From Abditibacteriaceae bacterium (GTDB lineage: Bacteria; Armatimonadota; Abditibacteriia; Abditibacteriales; Abditibacteriaceae): DNA of 64,000 nt. A program made the position numbers and the translations under genes. Shown in pieces: positions 38,713 to 48,863 of the stretch; positions within the stretch are counted from its first letter, which is position 1, and each line of letters opens with the position of its first letter. Below the pieces are notes generated by a model. It saw only the letters and a list, made by a program, of their open reading frames with translations, searched no databases and had not been told where the DNA came from. Location: NCBI GenBank assembly GCA_965277285.1, contig OZ255721.1, forward strand, positions 1,952,001-2,016,000, written 5' to 3'.

Positions 38713-39635
38713 GCGACCTCGGCGTTCTCGGCGGTGAATGGTTTTTCGTGTTCCATCAACCAGAGTTTTCGTTCGTCTTCTGGCATCGCGTATTCGTTGT
38801 CGCGCGTTGGGAAAGTTGAAGAACGCACTTCATCGACAAAAGCGCGCGTCGCATGAAGCAACGTTTCGTGCGCTTTCGCATAACGCTTGACAAAACGAAA
38901 TGGTGCGCCTTCACCAAATCCCACCAAATCGTGCCACACCAAAACCTGACCGTCGCAACTTCCGCCAGCGCCGATTCCAATCGTCGGAATTCCCAAATCT
39001 GCGCTTAAAACTTGCGCCACTTCGGACGGAATCGCTTCCAACACAACTGCCACGCAACCCGCGTCTTGCAAGCGTCGCGCATCATCGCGCAATTGTCGCG
39101 CGGCCTCGACGCTGCGACCTTGCACAATGCCATTCAAAACCAGCGACGATTGCGGCGTAAATCCCAGATGCCCAATAACCGGCACGCCCATTTCAACGAG
39201 TACTCGAATCGCGTTCAACGAACTGGCGTTGGCGCCTTCAAGTTTCAAACCATGCGCGCCATTTTGCATCAACGTCCTGCCGCTTTGAACTGCGTCCTGA
39301 ACCGTTGCATAACTGCCAAACGGCAAATCGGCGACAACCGGAACATCGGCGCGCGACGACTTTTTCGCGCCACGCGCCACCGCGCCGGTGTGATGAAGCA
39401 TCATTTCGAGCGTCACGGGAATCGTCGAATCCAGTCCCAGCACAACGTTGCCCAATGAATCGCCGACCAGCAAAATATCGGCGCCCGCCTCGCAACAAAT
39501 CTGCGCGGTGGGCGCATCATAAACCGCGACCATCGCCAGAGGCGCGGCGCTTCGAGTACTCGATTGGGACGAATTATCTTGTCCAGCACGATTTTGCTTG
39601 GCATCGCGCAGCACGCGCAAAAGGGAAACGCTCAT
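38694..39635 (-). CDS. panB: 3-methyl-2-oxobutanoate hydroxymethyltransferase
   Basis: LLVGDSLG, VADLPFGSY, LKLEG, GHLGFTPQS and TIGIGAG..CDGQVLV. Confidence 0.96.
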   Translation of the reverse strand: MSVSLLRVLRDAKQNRAGQDNSSQSSTRSAAPLAMVAVYDAPTAQICCEAGADILLVGDSLGNVVLGLDSTIPVTLEMMLHHTGAVARGAKKSSRADVPVVADLPFGSYATVQDAVQSGRTLMQNGAHGLKLEGANASSLNAIRVLVEMGVPVIGHLGFTPQSSLVLNGIVQGRSVEAARQLRDDARRLQDAGCVAVVLEAIPSEVAQVLSADLGIPTIGIGAGGSCDGQVLVWHDLVGFGEGAPFRFVKRYAKAHETLLHATRAFVDEVRSSTFPTRDNEYAMPEDERKLWLMEHEKPFTAENAEVAEKSDL

Positions 39636-39720
39636 GTCAAACGCAGTTTATCGAATGAGCGAATTTGTTGCGCGCCTGTTCGCGTGTTTGTTGACGCAGT
39701 TGAGAAAAGAGACACGATAA

Positions 39721-39793
39721 CCAGAACCCCGAACGTGAGTGAGGGGCTGATGTAGCTGTTACATCAGCCCCTCACTCACGTTCGGGGTTCTGG
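39721..39793. repeat. REP-like family A, copy 3
   Basis: CCAGAACCCCGAACGTGAGTGAGGGGCTGATGTA...TACATCAGCCCCTCACTCACGTTCGGGGTTCTGG. Confidence 0.85.
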
Positions 39794-39818
39794 ATTCGCG
39801 CAACTGCCTTACGCACCA

Positions 39819-41228
39819 CTAATGGTCTTTCGCATTGAGCGAACCCAGCGCCCAGCCCGCCAGCAATGCGGGGAACACGGCGCGTCCGCTCCACCAGAGA
39901 AGCGCGTCACTCAACGAAGGGACAGAAGAAGTGCCGCGTGCGGGGAAAGAAAGTGTCGCGGATAACAAAATTGCGATGGCCAGGCACGAAAACAATGGCG
40001 TATTGGTGCGTCGTGTCGAAAGCGAAAGCAAAAGTGCGAACGCCCATCCCAACGGCGCAAAAGCGATTCCCGCCAGCCCGACCAGCAACGATGTCGGCGT
40101 GCCTTCGACCGGAGAATGACGCTTCGCAATCGCGCCAAATGGCTCGATCCATTTGAGCAATGGCAGCGCCGCGCCCAACATGAACGCGCTCAAAACGCCA
40201 CTTATCAACAAACGTCCGGCGATAGGCGCGGCGGGCGACCACTGAAACGTTCCACCCATCGCCGAAAAATGTCCGCTCAACACCAACAAAGTCGATAGCA
40301 CCGCCAGCGCCGCACCGGAGATGACGCGCACCGCATCGTTTTCGAGTGCGCTGCTTGATTCATCATTTCGCGTTTCATCGCTTCGAGGTTCATTGCTTCG
40401 AGTACTCGAATTCGCTGTCGTCCGGCGCGCTTGTCCCAGTCCGTTGGCATCATGTTCCACAAAATCAGCGTGCGGAAATTCGTGCTCGCTGAAGCGGGCG
40501 GATTGAAAATCGGTAGGCGAAAAGCCGTTGACTTTGCTGGACAAAGCTTGCCACTTTTGTCGATACAATGTGTTCTGTGGCTGACTTTGAACGGCGCGCT
40601 CAAACATAAAAACGGCGACATCGAAGCGCCCTTGATCGGCGTAAATGTCGCCCAAAAGCGCGTGCGCCTCGGCGTTATTGGGGTCTTGAGATAGAACGCG
40701 GCGACACAAACCAATCGCTTCGCCAGCTTTTCCATAGAAAAAATAAAGTTCCGCCGCCTCGAAAACCTGCGTCAGCAAACGCGAACGCGTATCGCCCGTG
40801 CGACGATTCGCCGTTTTTACGGTGGTTTTCGCCGTCGTTTTGGTCGCTGTTTTCGCAGTTGAGGCAGCGCGCGCCGAAGTCGCCGTGCGCGCCGTTTGCG
40901 AAGAATTATCTTGGGAGGAAGTTGTCTGCGCAGCAGAAACGTTTCGCGTACTCGTTGCGGAAAAGTTCGTAGTTGACGATTGCGGTGGATGAATAACGAA
41001 GCTGGGCGCAGTGTTTTGCGTGCGGTCGTAGCGGGCGCGCGAAGCCGGATCGGAAAGCGTCGTCCACGCCTGATTGATGGCCAGCATTTGTGCGTGCGCC
41101 GATTCGCGCTGCGCAACTGGCAACGCATCGGGATGATGCTGCCGCACGAGTTGGCGATAGCGTCGCTTGATTTGCGCAATGTCCGCGTTCGACGTTACGC
41201 CCAAAGTTTGGTAGTGATCAGCTGGCAT
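39819..41228 (-). CDS. DnaJ-domain + TPR + transmembrane protein
   Basis: DHYQTLGV...QHHPD...INQAWTTLSDPASRARYD; TPR segment DPNNAEAHALLGDIY; hydrophobic C-terminus. Confidence 0.85.
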   Translation of the reverse strand: MPADHYQTLGVTSNADIAQIKRRYRQLVRQHHPDALPVAQRESAHAQMLAINQAWTTLSDPASRARYDRTQNTAPSFVIHPPQSSTTNFSATSTRNVSAAQTTSSQDNSSQTARTATSARAASTAKTATKTTAKTTVKTANRRTGDTRSRLLTQVFEAAELYFFYGKAGEAIGLCRRVLSQDPNNAEAHALLGDIYADQGRFDVAVFMFERAVQSQPQNTLYRQKWQALSSKVNGFSPTDFQSARFSEHEFPHADFVEHDANGLGQARRTTANSSTRSNEPRSDETRNDESSSALENDAVRVISGAALAVLSTLLVLSGHFSAMGGTFQWSPAAPIAGRLLISGVLSAFMLGAALPLLKWIEPFGAIAKRHSPVEGTPTSLLVGLAGIAFAPLGWAFALLLSLSTRRTNTPLFSCLAIAILLSATLSFPARGTSSVPSLSDALLWWSGRAVFPALLAGWALGSLNAKDH

Positions 41229-41235
41229 AAAACTC

Positions 41236-41330
41236 AAATGATGAATGATGAATACGGAATGATGAATACGCTTCAAACGTTGCGCAAAGCGTTATCGAGT
41301 ACTCGAAGTGCGAGCCTGATTCATCATTTC
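41236..41330 (-). repeat. ~95-bp heptamer-ended element, copy 2
   Basis: Reverse-complement homologue of 22995-23090. Confidence 0.8.
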
Positions 41331-41332
41331 CT

Positions 41333-42766
41333 TCACTTCGTCAGGTCGCTGATTTCGTTGGCGTAGCCGGAGAAAACTCCAATCGCCAAATGACCAATAT
41401 AAGCCGCCATCATCAGAAAAACCAGCACGCCCATGATCTTGACAGCGTTGCGAATGGCGGCTTCGGCTTCGACTTCCAGGAAGTCAGCGACTTTGTTGAG
41501 TTGCGTGTCAATGGCGCCCGATTCTTCGCCAGTCGCCATCATTTGAATCGCAATCGGCGGAAATTGTCCGGTGCGAACCATCGATTCGGTGAAGCTCGCG
41601 CCCTGCGTCAAGGCGGGCGCGACTTGCATCACGCGGCGCTGCACATACGCGTTGCCGCAACTTTCGCCGGAAACTTTCATCGCGTATTCTGCGCCGACGC
41701 CGGACGCATACATCGCCGAAAGAGCGCGCGCAAACTTCGCCGTCGCCAGACTGCGCACCACTTTATTGACGCCGGGAACGTGCATCTTGAACGCATCGAG
41801 CGCCAGGCGAAATGGCCCGTCGCGCCCCGTCACCAGCATAATGCGACTAAAAACGCGAAACCCGACATAAAGCACGCCGATGAAGATAAACGGCGGCACG
41901 ACCTGATGAAGATAAGCCGCGAAACCATTCAAAAACCACGTCACGACTGAGGGAATCAAAATAGCGCAAACCAGCAGCAATTTCGGGTAAAAAGTCTCGC
42001 GCTTGACGGCTTGGTTCAGCTCGAAATCGCGCTCGCTATAAACGGCCAGGCTTTCGCAACTTTGATCCAGACGTCCGCCGCGCTCGCCCGCGCCGATCAT
42101 GCTGACTGCCAGAACGGAAAACAAACCCGGAAACGAACGCATCGCCTGGCTCAGAGGACAACCTTCCGCCGTGTCGCGGCTCATCTGCAAAGCGGCGCGC
42201 TTCAGGCTGCGATTGCTGGCGTGTTCGGCGTAAACCTGCAAGGCGCGCGAAACGCTCGTCCCCGCACCAAGCATCGAGTGCATTTGGCGATAAAACAACG
42301 ACAATTCTTTGGCGTTCGCGTGCGCCCACAAATCCTGCCCCGAAGCTGGAGGCGTCACGCCGCCGGCCACTGGCGAGGACAAAGGCTCGTTGCCAGGTTG
42401 CGCTTGCGAAGCCTGGTTTTTCACTTCGCCAGGTGCAACAAACACATTCGAGTACTCGAACCCAGCTTCGCCAGAACGCGCAGTTTGTTCTGTCGCTTGC
42501 GCCGAATTCGGTGCCGTGACCTGCGAAGAAGTTGGCGCCTTGACCTGAGACGCGACAGGCGAAGCGGCACGCGGCACGACTTGAGGCAGCACGACTTGAG
42601 GCGGCACGAGCGATTTGCCGGAGGAATTGGCGAGAGGCGCCAGTTTGGTGACGAAGAATCCCGCTTCGCGCAAAGCGGTCAAGGCTTGATTTTGATCGGG
42701 TGCGTCGCGCGTTCCTTCGATTCGCGCGCCGCGACTGTCGCGCGCCTGAAAAGCGAATGTGGGCAT
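41333..42766 (-). CDS. pilC: Type II secretion F / type IV pilus PilC family protein
   Basis: MPTFAFQARDSRG, FYRQMHSMLGAG, AGERGGRL and TGEESGAIDTQLNKVADF. Confidence 0.85.
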   Translation of the reverse strand: MPTFAFQARDSRGARIEGTRDAPDQNQALTALREAGFFVTKLAPLANSSGKSLVPPQVVLPQVVPRAASPVASQVKAPTSSQVTAPNSAQATEQTARSGEAGFEYSNVFVAPGEVKNQASQAQPGNEPLSSPVAGGVTPPASGQDLWAHANAKELSLFYRQMHSMLGAGTSVSRALQVYAEHASNRSLKRAALQMSRDTAEGCPLSQAMRSFPGLFSVLAVSMIGAGERGGRLDQSCESLAVYSERDFELNQAVKRETFYPKLLLVCAILIPSVVTWFLNGFAAYLHQVVPPFIFIGVLYVGFRVFSRIMLVTGRDGPFRLALDAFKMHVPGVNKVVRSLATAKFARALSAMYASGVGAEYAMKVSGESCGNAYVQRRVMQVAPALTQGASFTESMVRTGQFPPIAIQMMATGEESGAIDTQLNKVADFLEVEAEAAIRNAVKIMGVLVFLMMAAYIGHLAIGVFSGYANEISDLTK

Positions 42767-42824
42767 AGCTACATTTTATCACGCCCACAGATTTCTGGAA
42801 AAGCAATTTGCATCCGTGTGCAAT

Positions 42825-42889
42825 GAACCTGAGCATCAGCACGCGGCTGACGTAAGAGTTATTTCGGCTTCGCGCTCCTGCTTGGGTTC
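42825..42889. repeat. REP-like family A, copy 4 (degenerate)
   Basis: GAACCTGAGCATCAGCACGCGGCTG...CGGCTTCGCGCTCCTGCTTGGGTTC. Confidence 0.6.
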
Positions 42890-42941
42890 GCTACCGAAAT
42901 CCTATTCGGATAGGCGAAATCTGTCTGTCTTTGGTGAAGTC

Positions 42942-43009
42942 TCGGGCAACCACGAGGGTTGCCCCTACGAGAAATTTGCCTTGTAGGGGCAACTCTTGTG
43001 GTTGCCCGA
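42942..43009. repeat. GTAG-type REP doublet
   Basis: TCGGGCAACCACGAGGGTTGCCCCTAC and inverted GTAGGGGCAACTCTTGTGGTTGCCCGA. Confidence 0.8.
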
Positions 43010-43050
43010 TCTTGTGGTTGTCCTAATTCGGATAGCTCTTCTTTCGCGTT

Positions 43051-43839
43051 TCAATTCGCCTTTCGCTGTCCAAAGGTGAGCAGCCACAAGGCGAATTTGC
43101 GCGGCAAAAACTTGGCGAGTAGCGCCAGAGTTTTGTTGGAGGCGCCGGGCGTGACCACCATTTGGCCACGCCTCAGGCCGCGATACGCTTGAGCCGCCAC
43201 CTGCGAGGCTTCCATTTGGAATCTTTTTCGCTGCGCAGGAAGTGCGCCTTCGACGTTGTGCCAATCGAAAGCCGTATAAGTCGGGCCTGGACAAACGATG
43301 GTCACAGTCACGCCGCTGCCTTTGAGCGAAGTGGCCAAGCCTTGCGAAAACGAAAGCAGAAACGCTTTGCTGGAATAATAAGTTGATGCGTAAGGGCTGG
43401 CCAGAAATCCTGAAACCGATCCCACGTTCAAGATTTTTCCTCGTCGGCGTTTTACCATGCCAGGAAGGAAAAGTTTGGTCAGCAGCATCGGCGCCATGAC
43501 ATTGACATTGATGAGCGCCTTGTCGCGCGCCAAATCGGTTTCCCAGAAATTGCCGAACGTTCCAAATCCGGCGTTGTTGACCAACACGTCAATTTCTATA
43601 TATTGCGTTTGCAAGTCGCGGTAGATTTGTTCCGCCGACTCCGGAGAAGAAAGGTCGTAAACCAGAGAAATCGTCTGGATGCCAAATTTACCAGCCAACG
43701 CCGAACGCGTTTTTTCCAGTCCGTTCTGATTCTTATCGACCAACACGACGCTGGAGCCATCGCGCGCGAACAAGCGGCACAATTCCGCACCAATGCCGCT
43801 GGCCGCGCCCGTCATCAGAACCCATTCTTTTGCTGCCAT
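43051..43839 (-). CDS. Short-chain dehydrogenase/reductase
   Basis: TGAASGIG, LVNNAGFG and YYSSK. Confidence 0.92.
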   Translation of the reverse strand: MAAKEWVLMTGAASGIGAELCRLFARDGSSVVLVDKNQNGLEKTRSALAGKFGIQTISLVYDLSSPESAEQIYRDLQTQYIEIDVLVNNAGFGTFGNFWETDLARDKALINVNVMAPMLLTKLFLPGMVKRRRGKILNVGSVSGFLASPYASTYYSSKAFLLSFSQGLATSLKGSGVTVTIVCPGPTYTAFDWHNVEGALPAQRKRFQMEASQVAAQAYRGLRRGQMVVTPGASNKTLALLAKFLPRKFALWLLTFGQRKAN

Positions 43840-43931
43840 GTTGTTCGTTTTACGCGAATTGGCGAGGTCGTCTTATTGATACCAATGTCACGCGCTCAGT
43901 ATGCAAGACATTGAATGTATGATGACAAAAA

Positions 43932-44004
43932 TACGCCTGGCCGGATTTGAACCAGCAACCAAGGAATTATGAGTTCCCTGCTCTAACCCTTGAGCTACAG
44001 GCGC
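43932..44004 (-). tRNA. tRNA with CAT anticodon, most likely tRNA-Ile2 (CCA not encoded)
   Basis: GCGCCTGTAGCTCAAGGGTTAGAGCAGGGAACTCATAATTCCTTGGTTGCTGGTTCAAATCCGGCCAGGCGTA folds as a cloverleaf and resembles Ile2 rather than fMet. Confidence 0.9.
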
Positions 44005-44084
44005 GAAGAAATTGAAGCGATTCGATTTTAACGTATTGCCAGCGTCATCGCACCATCGAGTACTCGAATTGTAAACTTGCAGTT

Positions 44085-44888
44085 ATGAAACGCTTGAAAC
44101 GGCACCGCTCTTCGTGGATAAGAATTGCTTTGGCTTTAGTGTGGCTGACCTTCATCGGTTTCTGGACAGTTGGCAATTGGAAGCAACCAAACGACAGTTT
44201 GATGAAACGTGAAAGCGTAGAACGGCGCCAGGAAGAGGATAGAAACACTAATATTCTTGGGCTGAGTTTTGGCCTTTTGTTTTCCTCATTTGGCGTCGCC
44301 TGTTTGATAGCAGAATTTACCAGTTCTTTTGCTCTTGAAGTGAGCGATCAAAAAATCAAGGCCGCTTACGAACTAAGTGACGATCAATTTGTGGAAATCG
44401 GCCCTATGCGTGGTTTGAACGGCAATGCTATCGCGCTTTCGCTGTACTATAGTTACGATTGGGAACCGCAACTGGAAACGTTCACGTTCTACCGCCAAAT
44501 GCCGCCTCTATGCTACATTTCTTATCATGTTCAGCTTTTGGATGACCAAGCCAAAGTTATCTCTGATCAGACATTCTTTCATTCAAATCCCGCTCCCAGC
44601 GCGGTGAAAGGAAAACCGCGCTGGACAGAAAAGATCTTTCCTGTTTCCGACTTCAGCACAAATTACACGCTGCGCATCCAACCGATTTTCGACAGAAAGT
44701 CACTCGCGCTCTTCGACAAAAACGTCATCGACAAACGATTGACGATTGATTTGCATATCAAGCTCGCGGTGTGTGTTGCGCCGAACCAATTGCGAAAAGT
44801 CGAGCCAAAAAACATTTCAATTTCGCGGGCGCACGCGATTGTTCATCGAGTACTCGATGTGCCGCTGCTGTCGTCGTCTTCGTCGTAA
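44085..44888 (+). CDS. Hypothetical membrane protein
   Basis: 267-aa ORF with two N-terminal hydrophobic segments; 3' end overlaps the sigma factor gene. Confidence 0.65.
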   Translation: MKRLKRHRSSWIRIALALVWLTFIGFWTVGNWKQPNDSLMKRESVERRQEEDRNTNILGLSFGLLFSSFGVACLIAEFTSSFALEVSDQKIKAAYELSDDQFVEIGPMRGLNGNAIALSLYYSYDWEPQLETFTFYRQMPPLCYISYHVQLLDDQAKVISDQTFFHSNPAPSAVKGKPRWTEKIFPVSDFSTNYTLRIQPIFDRKSLALFDKNVIDKRLTIDLHIKLAVCVAPNQLRKVEPKNISISRAHAIVHRVLDVPLLSSSSS

Positions 44889-46180
44889 TCCGACACCATT
44901 TCGCCCAGCGACGTGTTTTGCGCGCGACGACGCAATTTGCGTAAAGCCCTGATTTCCAATTGATGCACGCGGTCGCGCGAAATGTGCAACGTGGCAGCGA
45001 TGTCGTCGAGCGAGCGCGGGCCACTTTCCGCCCATTCGCCCAGACCGAAACGCTGCTGCAAAATCGCGGCTTCGCGTTCGGGCAATGATCCTAAAACTTC
45101 GCCGATTCCCTGCTGCAAATCGCCCTGCGAAACCGACAAAAACGCGCCATCGTCTCCGGCTCCGGCCAAACGGTCGCCCAATTCATCGTCCTCGTCCTCG
45201 CCGCCACCGGCTTGATCGAGCGACAATGGTTCCGTGGCCACGCGCTGCAATTCTTCGACTTGTTTCAAAGAAAGTCCAGCAGTTTGCGCGAGTTCCTGAC
45301 GCGATGGTTCGTGCCCCAAAGTCTGCGTCATTTCGCGCTGCAAGCGTTGCAATTTCTGTGAGGCAGCGTTCAAATGTCCGGGCAGTCGAATCGAGCGCGC
45401 CTGCGCCGCAATCGCATGGTTGATCGCTTCGCGGATGTACCATGTCGCAAACGATGATAAACGCGAACCTTTATCGGGATTGAACTTATCAACCGCGCGA
45501 ATTAAGCCCAGATTGCCTTCCTGCACCAGATCGAGCATCGGCAAAAGCGAGCGGCCTTTCGAGTTGCGCGCGATGTGAACGACCAATCGCAAGTTGGCTT
45601 CGACCAGGCGGCGCCGCGCGTCTTCCTGCATCAACGGCGAACCTTCGCGCGCCTGATGCGCCAAAAACAGTTCTTCTTCGGGACTGAGCAACGGCGTGCG
45701 TCCCATTTGCTGCAGATATTGCGTGAACGCATCCGACACGGCGGAACCGCTTTCATCGGCTTCGTCGTCTAAAATCGCCGCCACTGCGCCACTGATTTCC
45801 GGCATCAGCGGAAGGTTTTCCGATGCGTCGTCCTGGTTTCGAGTACTCGATAACGCCGTCGATTGTGGCGGCGTGAAGAAGTTTTCGATGTGCGACAGAA
45901 CATCGTCCAACTCGCGGTCGGCGCGCAGTGGTTTGGGCTTTTTAGGAGTTTGAGCAACGGAAGTTTGAGGTTTGGTTGCGGGTTTCGGCTCGACTTCATC
46001 GACGACTTGAATGCCGCGATTTTCCAAGACTTCAAAAATCGCTTCGGCGTCTTCGGCGTCGATTTGCGCGTCGCCCAAAACGCGATTGATGTGCGCGTAG
46101 GACAATTTTCCGGCGCGCGCTCCGGCTTCGAGCAGTTCGCGCACGGCCTGATTGGGATCGTTTTGTTCAGTTTGTGTCAT
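44843..46180 (-). CDS. RpoD/SigA-family sigma-70 factor (probably a paralogue)
   Basis: Region 1.1-like N-terminus, LVEANLRLVV, DLVQEGNLGLIRAVDKF, SFATWYIREAI and SRDRVHQLEIRALRKLR. Confidence 0.9.
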   Translation of the reverse strand: MTQTEQNDPNQAVRELLEAGARAGKLSYAHINRVLGDAQIDAEDAEAIFEVLENRGIQVVDEVEPKPATKPQTSVAQTPKKPKPLRADRELDDVLSHIENFFTPPQSTALSSTRNQDDASENLPLMPEISGAVAAILDDEADESGSAVSDAFTQYLQQMGRTPLLSPEEELFLAHQAREGSPLMQEDARRRLVEANLRLVVHIARNSKGRSLLPMLDLVQEGNLGLIRAVDKFNPDKGSRLSSFATWYIREAINHAIAAQARSIRLPGHLNAASQKLQRLQREMTQTLGHEPSRQELAQTAGLSLKQVEELQRVATEPLSLDQAGGGEDEDDELGDRLAGAGDDGAFLSVSQGDLQQGIGEVLGSLPEREAAILQQRFGLGEWAESGPRSLDDIAATLHISRDRVHQLEIRALRKLRRRAQNTSLGEMVSDYDEDDDSSGTSSTR

Positions 46181-46223
46181 GGCCTGGAGTTTACGACTTC
46201 TGACGCTCTTATTTTCAAATTGG

Positions 46224-46480
46224 ATAGAACACGGAGGCTTCGCCCACGCGGATTGAACGGATGAACACGGATTTTCATTGAGATTTCAAAGGAGAAAACA
46301 GTATTGGAAGTGTTTAGTTCGTCATTCTGAGCACAGCGAAGAATCTATGTGAAGTTAGATTCTTCGCTGCGCTCAGAATGACAAACTGGGAGTTTGAACG
46401 CGCATCTTCCTTTTTCAAGCTAATTCTAAAGATCCGTGTTCATCCGTTCAATCCGCGTGGGCGAAGCCTCCGTGTTCTAT
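46224..46480. repeat. Nested repeats: perfect 49-bp inverted repeat enclosing a family B palindrome
   Basis: 46224-46272 is the reverse complement of 46432-46480; GTCATTCTGAGC...GCTCAGAATGAC lies inside (46321-46383). Confidence 0.9.
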
Positions 46481-46489
46481 TCTGTCAAT

Positions 46490-47845
46490 TTATGATTGGA
46501 AATACGTACGCGCGGATTGATTCCATTTGCTAATTTGCGCGTTGCGAAACGCTTGATCGTTCCATTTCGCGGCCAGGCTCGCCAGTTCGTCTTCCTTCAA
46601 GGGAACATAAGCGGCGTCCGGCGTTTTAGCGACTTTGGCTTTGACATCGTTCAAGTTGTCAATCAGGACGGCGCCGATCAGGTCGTCCAAAGCGCGGCGG
46701 CGTTCAGCCGATTTTTGCGTATCGAAGACGAAGGTGTTTTTTCCGGCGTAAGGGTTCGTCGTCACCAAACTGCCAGACGGAATCGGTTTGTACATCGAAG
46801 GCAACGACGGTTGACGCCCCAGAGCATTATTTTTTGGGCCACCCGACACGCCGATCGGCAGCATCCACAACTTTTGCCCGGCTGGGGAAAGCACAAAAGC
46901 GACGAACTCTTGCGCCAGTTTCAAGTGTGGCGCGCCGCGCAAAATGCCGATGGGATCAGACGTCACGACGCGTTGGCCTTGCGGCTCGACATAACCCAAT
47001 TTGTCGCCTCGCGTGCGGCGGATTTTGCTGGACGCATAAAAATCGATGGCGGGTGCGGCGACGGCTTCGCCACTGGCCACATCGTCCAAAAGCGCCGAAC
47101 TCGATTTGCTGAAAGCGCGCGCATTGCCCGCCATCTGCGTTAGAACGCGCCAGCCTTTGTCCCAACCGTTGGCCTGCAAAATAATTTCATACGCCATGTG
47201 CGCCGAACCCGATTCGCGCGGATCAGCCAGCGAAACGCGTCCACGCAATTTGGGATTGCCCATGTCGGCCCAGCTTTGCGGAATCGGCAAATTGTCGCGC
47301 GCCATCAACGCTTTGTTGTACAAAATGCCGAAACTGGACAATGCGGCGCCGACCCAAAGGTTGTTTTTGTCGCGCATTTCTACGCCGTTCAATTGCAGCG
47401 GAACGCCATAAGAAGCTGGCAAAGGTTGCAGCAGATTTTGCGACTGCATATCGATGAACGAATCGGAGCCGCCGCCAAAAAATGCGTCGATGCCGATGCC
47501 TTCGCCCGAAGTTTTGTTTTTAGCCTGCGAGAGGACAAAACGCAAGTCTTCCGTCGAGCCGCCGACATCGAGCCACTTGAACGTGACATTGGGGTGCGTC
47601 GCTTTGAAGGCGTTTTCAAACTCGACCTGAGAATCGCGGCTGTTGGGCGACATCACGATCAATGTATTCGGGTCAGTGCCCGTCGGAATGGTTGTGGACG
47701 CGCCCGAAACCGCATTTCCAGTACTCGAAGTGGAAGGATTTGAGCCGCCAGAACGCGGGCTACAACCCGTCAAGGCGAAAGCGATCAAAGGCAGGACAAC
47801 GGCACAATGTCGGGCGTGAGAAGAAAAAGAAAAGTTCACGCGCAA
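46490..47845 (-). CDS. ABC transporter solute-binding lipoprotein (AfuA/FbpA-like)
   Basis: Lipobox LTGC, FFGGG, LADPRESGS and AQEFVAFVLSPAGQ. Confidence 0.85.
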   Translation of the reverse strand: MRVNFSFSSHARHCAVVLPLIAFALTGCSPRSGGSNPSTSSTGNAVSGASTTIPTGTDPNTLIVMSPNSRDSQVEFENAFKATHPNVTFKWLDVGGSTEDLRFVLSQAKNKTSGEGIGIDAFFGGGSDSFIDMQSQNLLQPLPASYGVPLQLNGVEMRDKNNLWVGAALSSFGILYNKALMARDNLPIPQSWADMGNPKLRGRVSLADPRESGSAHMAYEIILQANGWDKGWRVLTQMAGNARAFSKSSSALLDDVASGEAVAAPAIDFYASSKIRRTRGDKLGYVEPQGQRVVTSDPIGILRGAPHLKLAQEFVAFVLSPAGQKLWMLPIGVSGGPKNNALGRQPSLPSMYKPIPSGSLVTTNPYAGKNTFVFDTQKSAERRRALDDLIGAVLIDNLNDVKAKVAKTPDAAYVPLKEDELASLAAKWNDQAFRNAQISKWNQSARTYFQS

Positions 47846-47928
47846 GGTTTAACACTCGTTTTCATCCGTCGCAAGCTGAAAGATAAGATTGAAGTCGTGC
47901 AATTTCCAACTGAAACGTGCATTGGTCA

Positions 47929-47999
47929 CAGAACCCTAAGCGTAAGCATGGGGCTGAAGTAACTGTCATTTCAGCCCCGCGCTCACGCTTGGGGTTCTG
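47929..47999. repeat. REP-like family A, copy 5
   Basis: CAGAACCCTAAGCGTAAGCATGGGGCTGAA...TTCAGCCCCGCGCTCACGCTTGGGGTTCTG. Confidence 0.85.
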
Positions 48000-48035
48000 C
48001 AAAGATCAATTCGGAATTTCTTTGTGTCTCTGTGG

Positions 48036-48833
48036 TTAATTCTTTGTCTTCAAGCGCGCGAGCCACAGGCGAACGAGTACTCGAACCGCTTCCAGAATAA
48101 TGCGACGGCTCATTTTGCTTTTGCCGAACTCACGGTCAACGAAAATAATTGGCACTTCGCCGACGCGCCCACCGACGCTGCGCACTTTGTCCATCGTGAT
48201 GAACAAAAACGCGTAGCCTTCGACGCGAACATTTAAAACACCGGCGCGCTCTATCAGTTCGCGTTTCCAGCAACGAAAACCTCCGGTGCAATCGCGCACT
48301 GGCAACTTCAGCATCGTGCGGGCCAAGCCATTTGCGGTCGCCGACAAAATCTTGCGATCCCAGCCCCAGTTCTGCGTGCCGCCGCCTGGAACATAGCGCG
48401 AGCCGACCACCAAATCAAAGTCGCGGCTTTTCGCCAGAATCGCAGGCAGATATTTGGGATCGTGCGAAAAATCGGCGTCCATTTGCAAAATCAAGGGTGC
48501 GCCAAGTTTCATCGCCAGGCGCATTCCGTCTTGCACCGCGGACGCATAGCCCATTTTCTTGCCGCGTTCAATCAGGTGAACACGCGCGCGGCCTTTGGCT
48601 TTCTCGATTTCAGCGCGTTCCAAAACTAATTTATCGGTGCCATCGCGTGACCCGTCGTCCACCACAATGGCGACTAAGCGTGAATCAGCGGCTAAAATGC
48701 CATCTAACAAGCGCGCGATATTGCCGCTTTCGTTCAATGTCGGCACAACAACAGCGACTTCCATCGTCTCCTTCACTTTATCAACGTCGAAGGTTGAAAC
48801 AGCAGAAGTCGAAAGATCGGTAGCGTTGTTCAT
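48036..48833 (-). CDS. Polyprenol monophosphomannose synthase-like GT2
   Basis: VVPTLNE, VDDGSRDGT, QMDADFSHDP, GSRYVPGG and FVDREFGKSKMS. Confidence 0.9.
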   Translation of the reverse strand: MNNATDLSTSAVSTFDVDKVKETMEVAVVVPTLNESGNIARLLDGILAADSRLVAIVVDDGSRDGTDKLVLERAEIEKAKGRARVHLIERGKKMGYASAVQDGMRLAMKLGAPLILQMDADFSHDPKYLPAILAKSRDFDLVVGSRYVPGGGTQNWGWDRKILSATANGLARTMLKLPVRDCTGGFRCWKRELIERAGVLNVRVEGYAFLFITMDKVRSVGGRVGEVPIIFVDREFGKSKMSRRIILEAVRVLVRLWLARLKTKN

Positions 48834-48863
48834 TGTTGAAGATGAGATCGAGTACTCGAATCT

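Noticed and set aside
43932..44888. tRNA-anchored integrative element
   Set aside because: No integrase and no duplicated tRNA 3' end found in the window.
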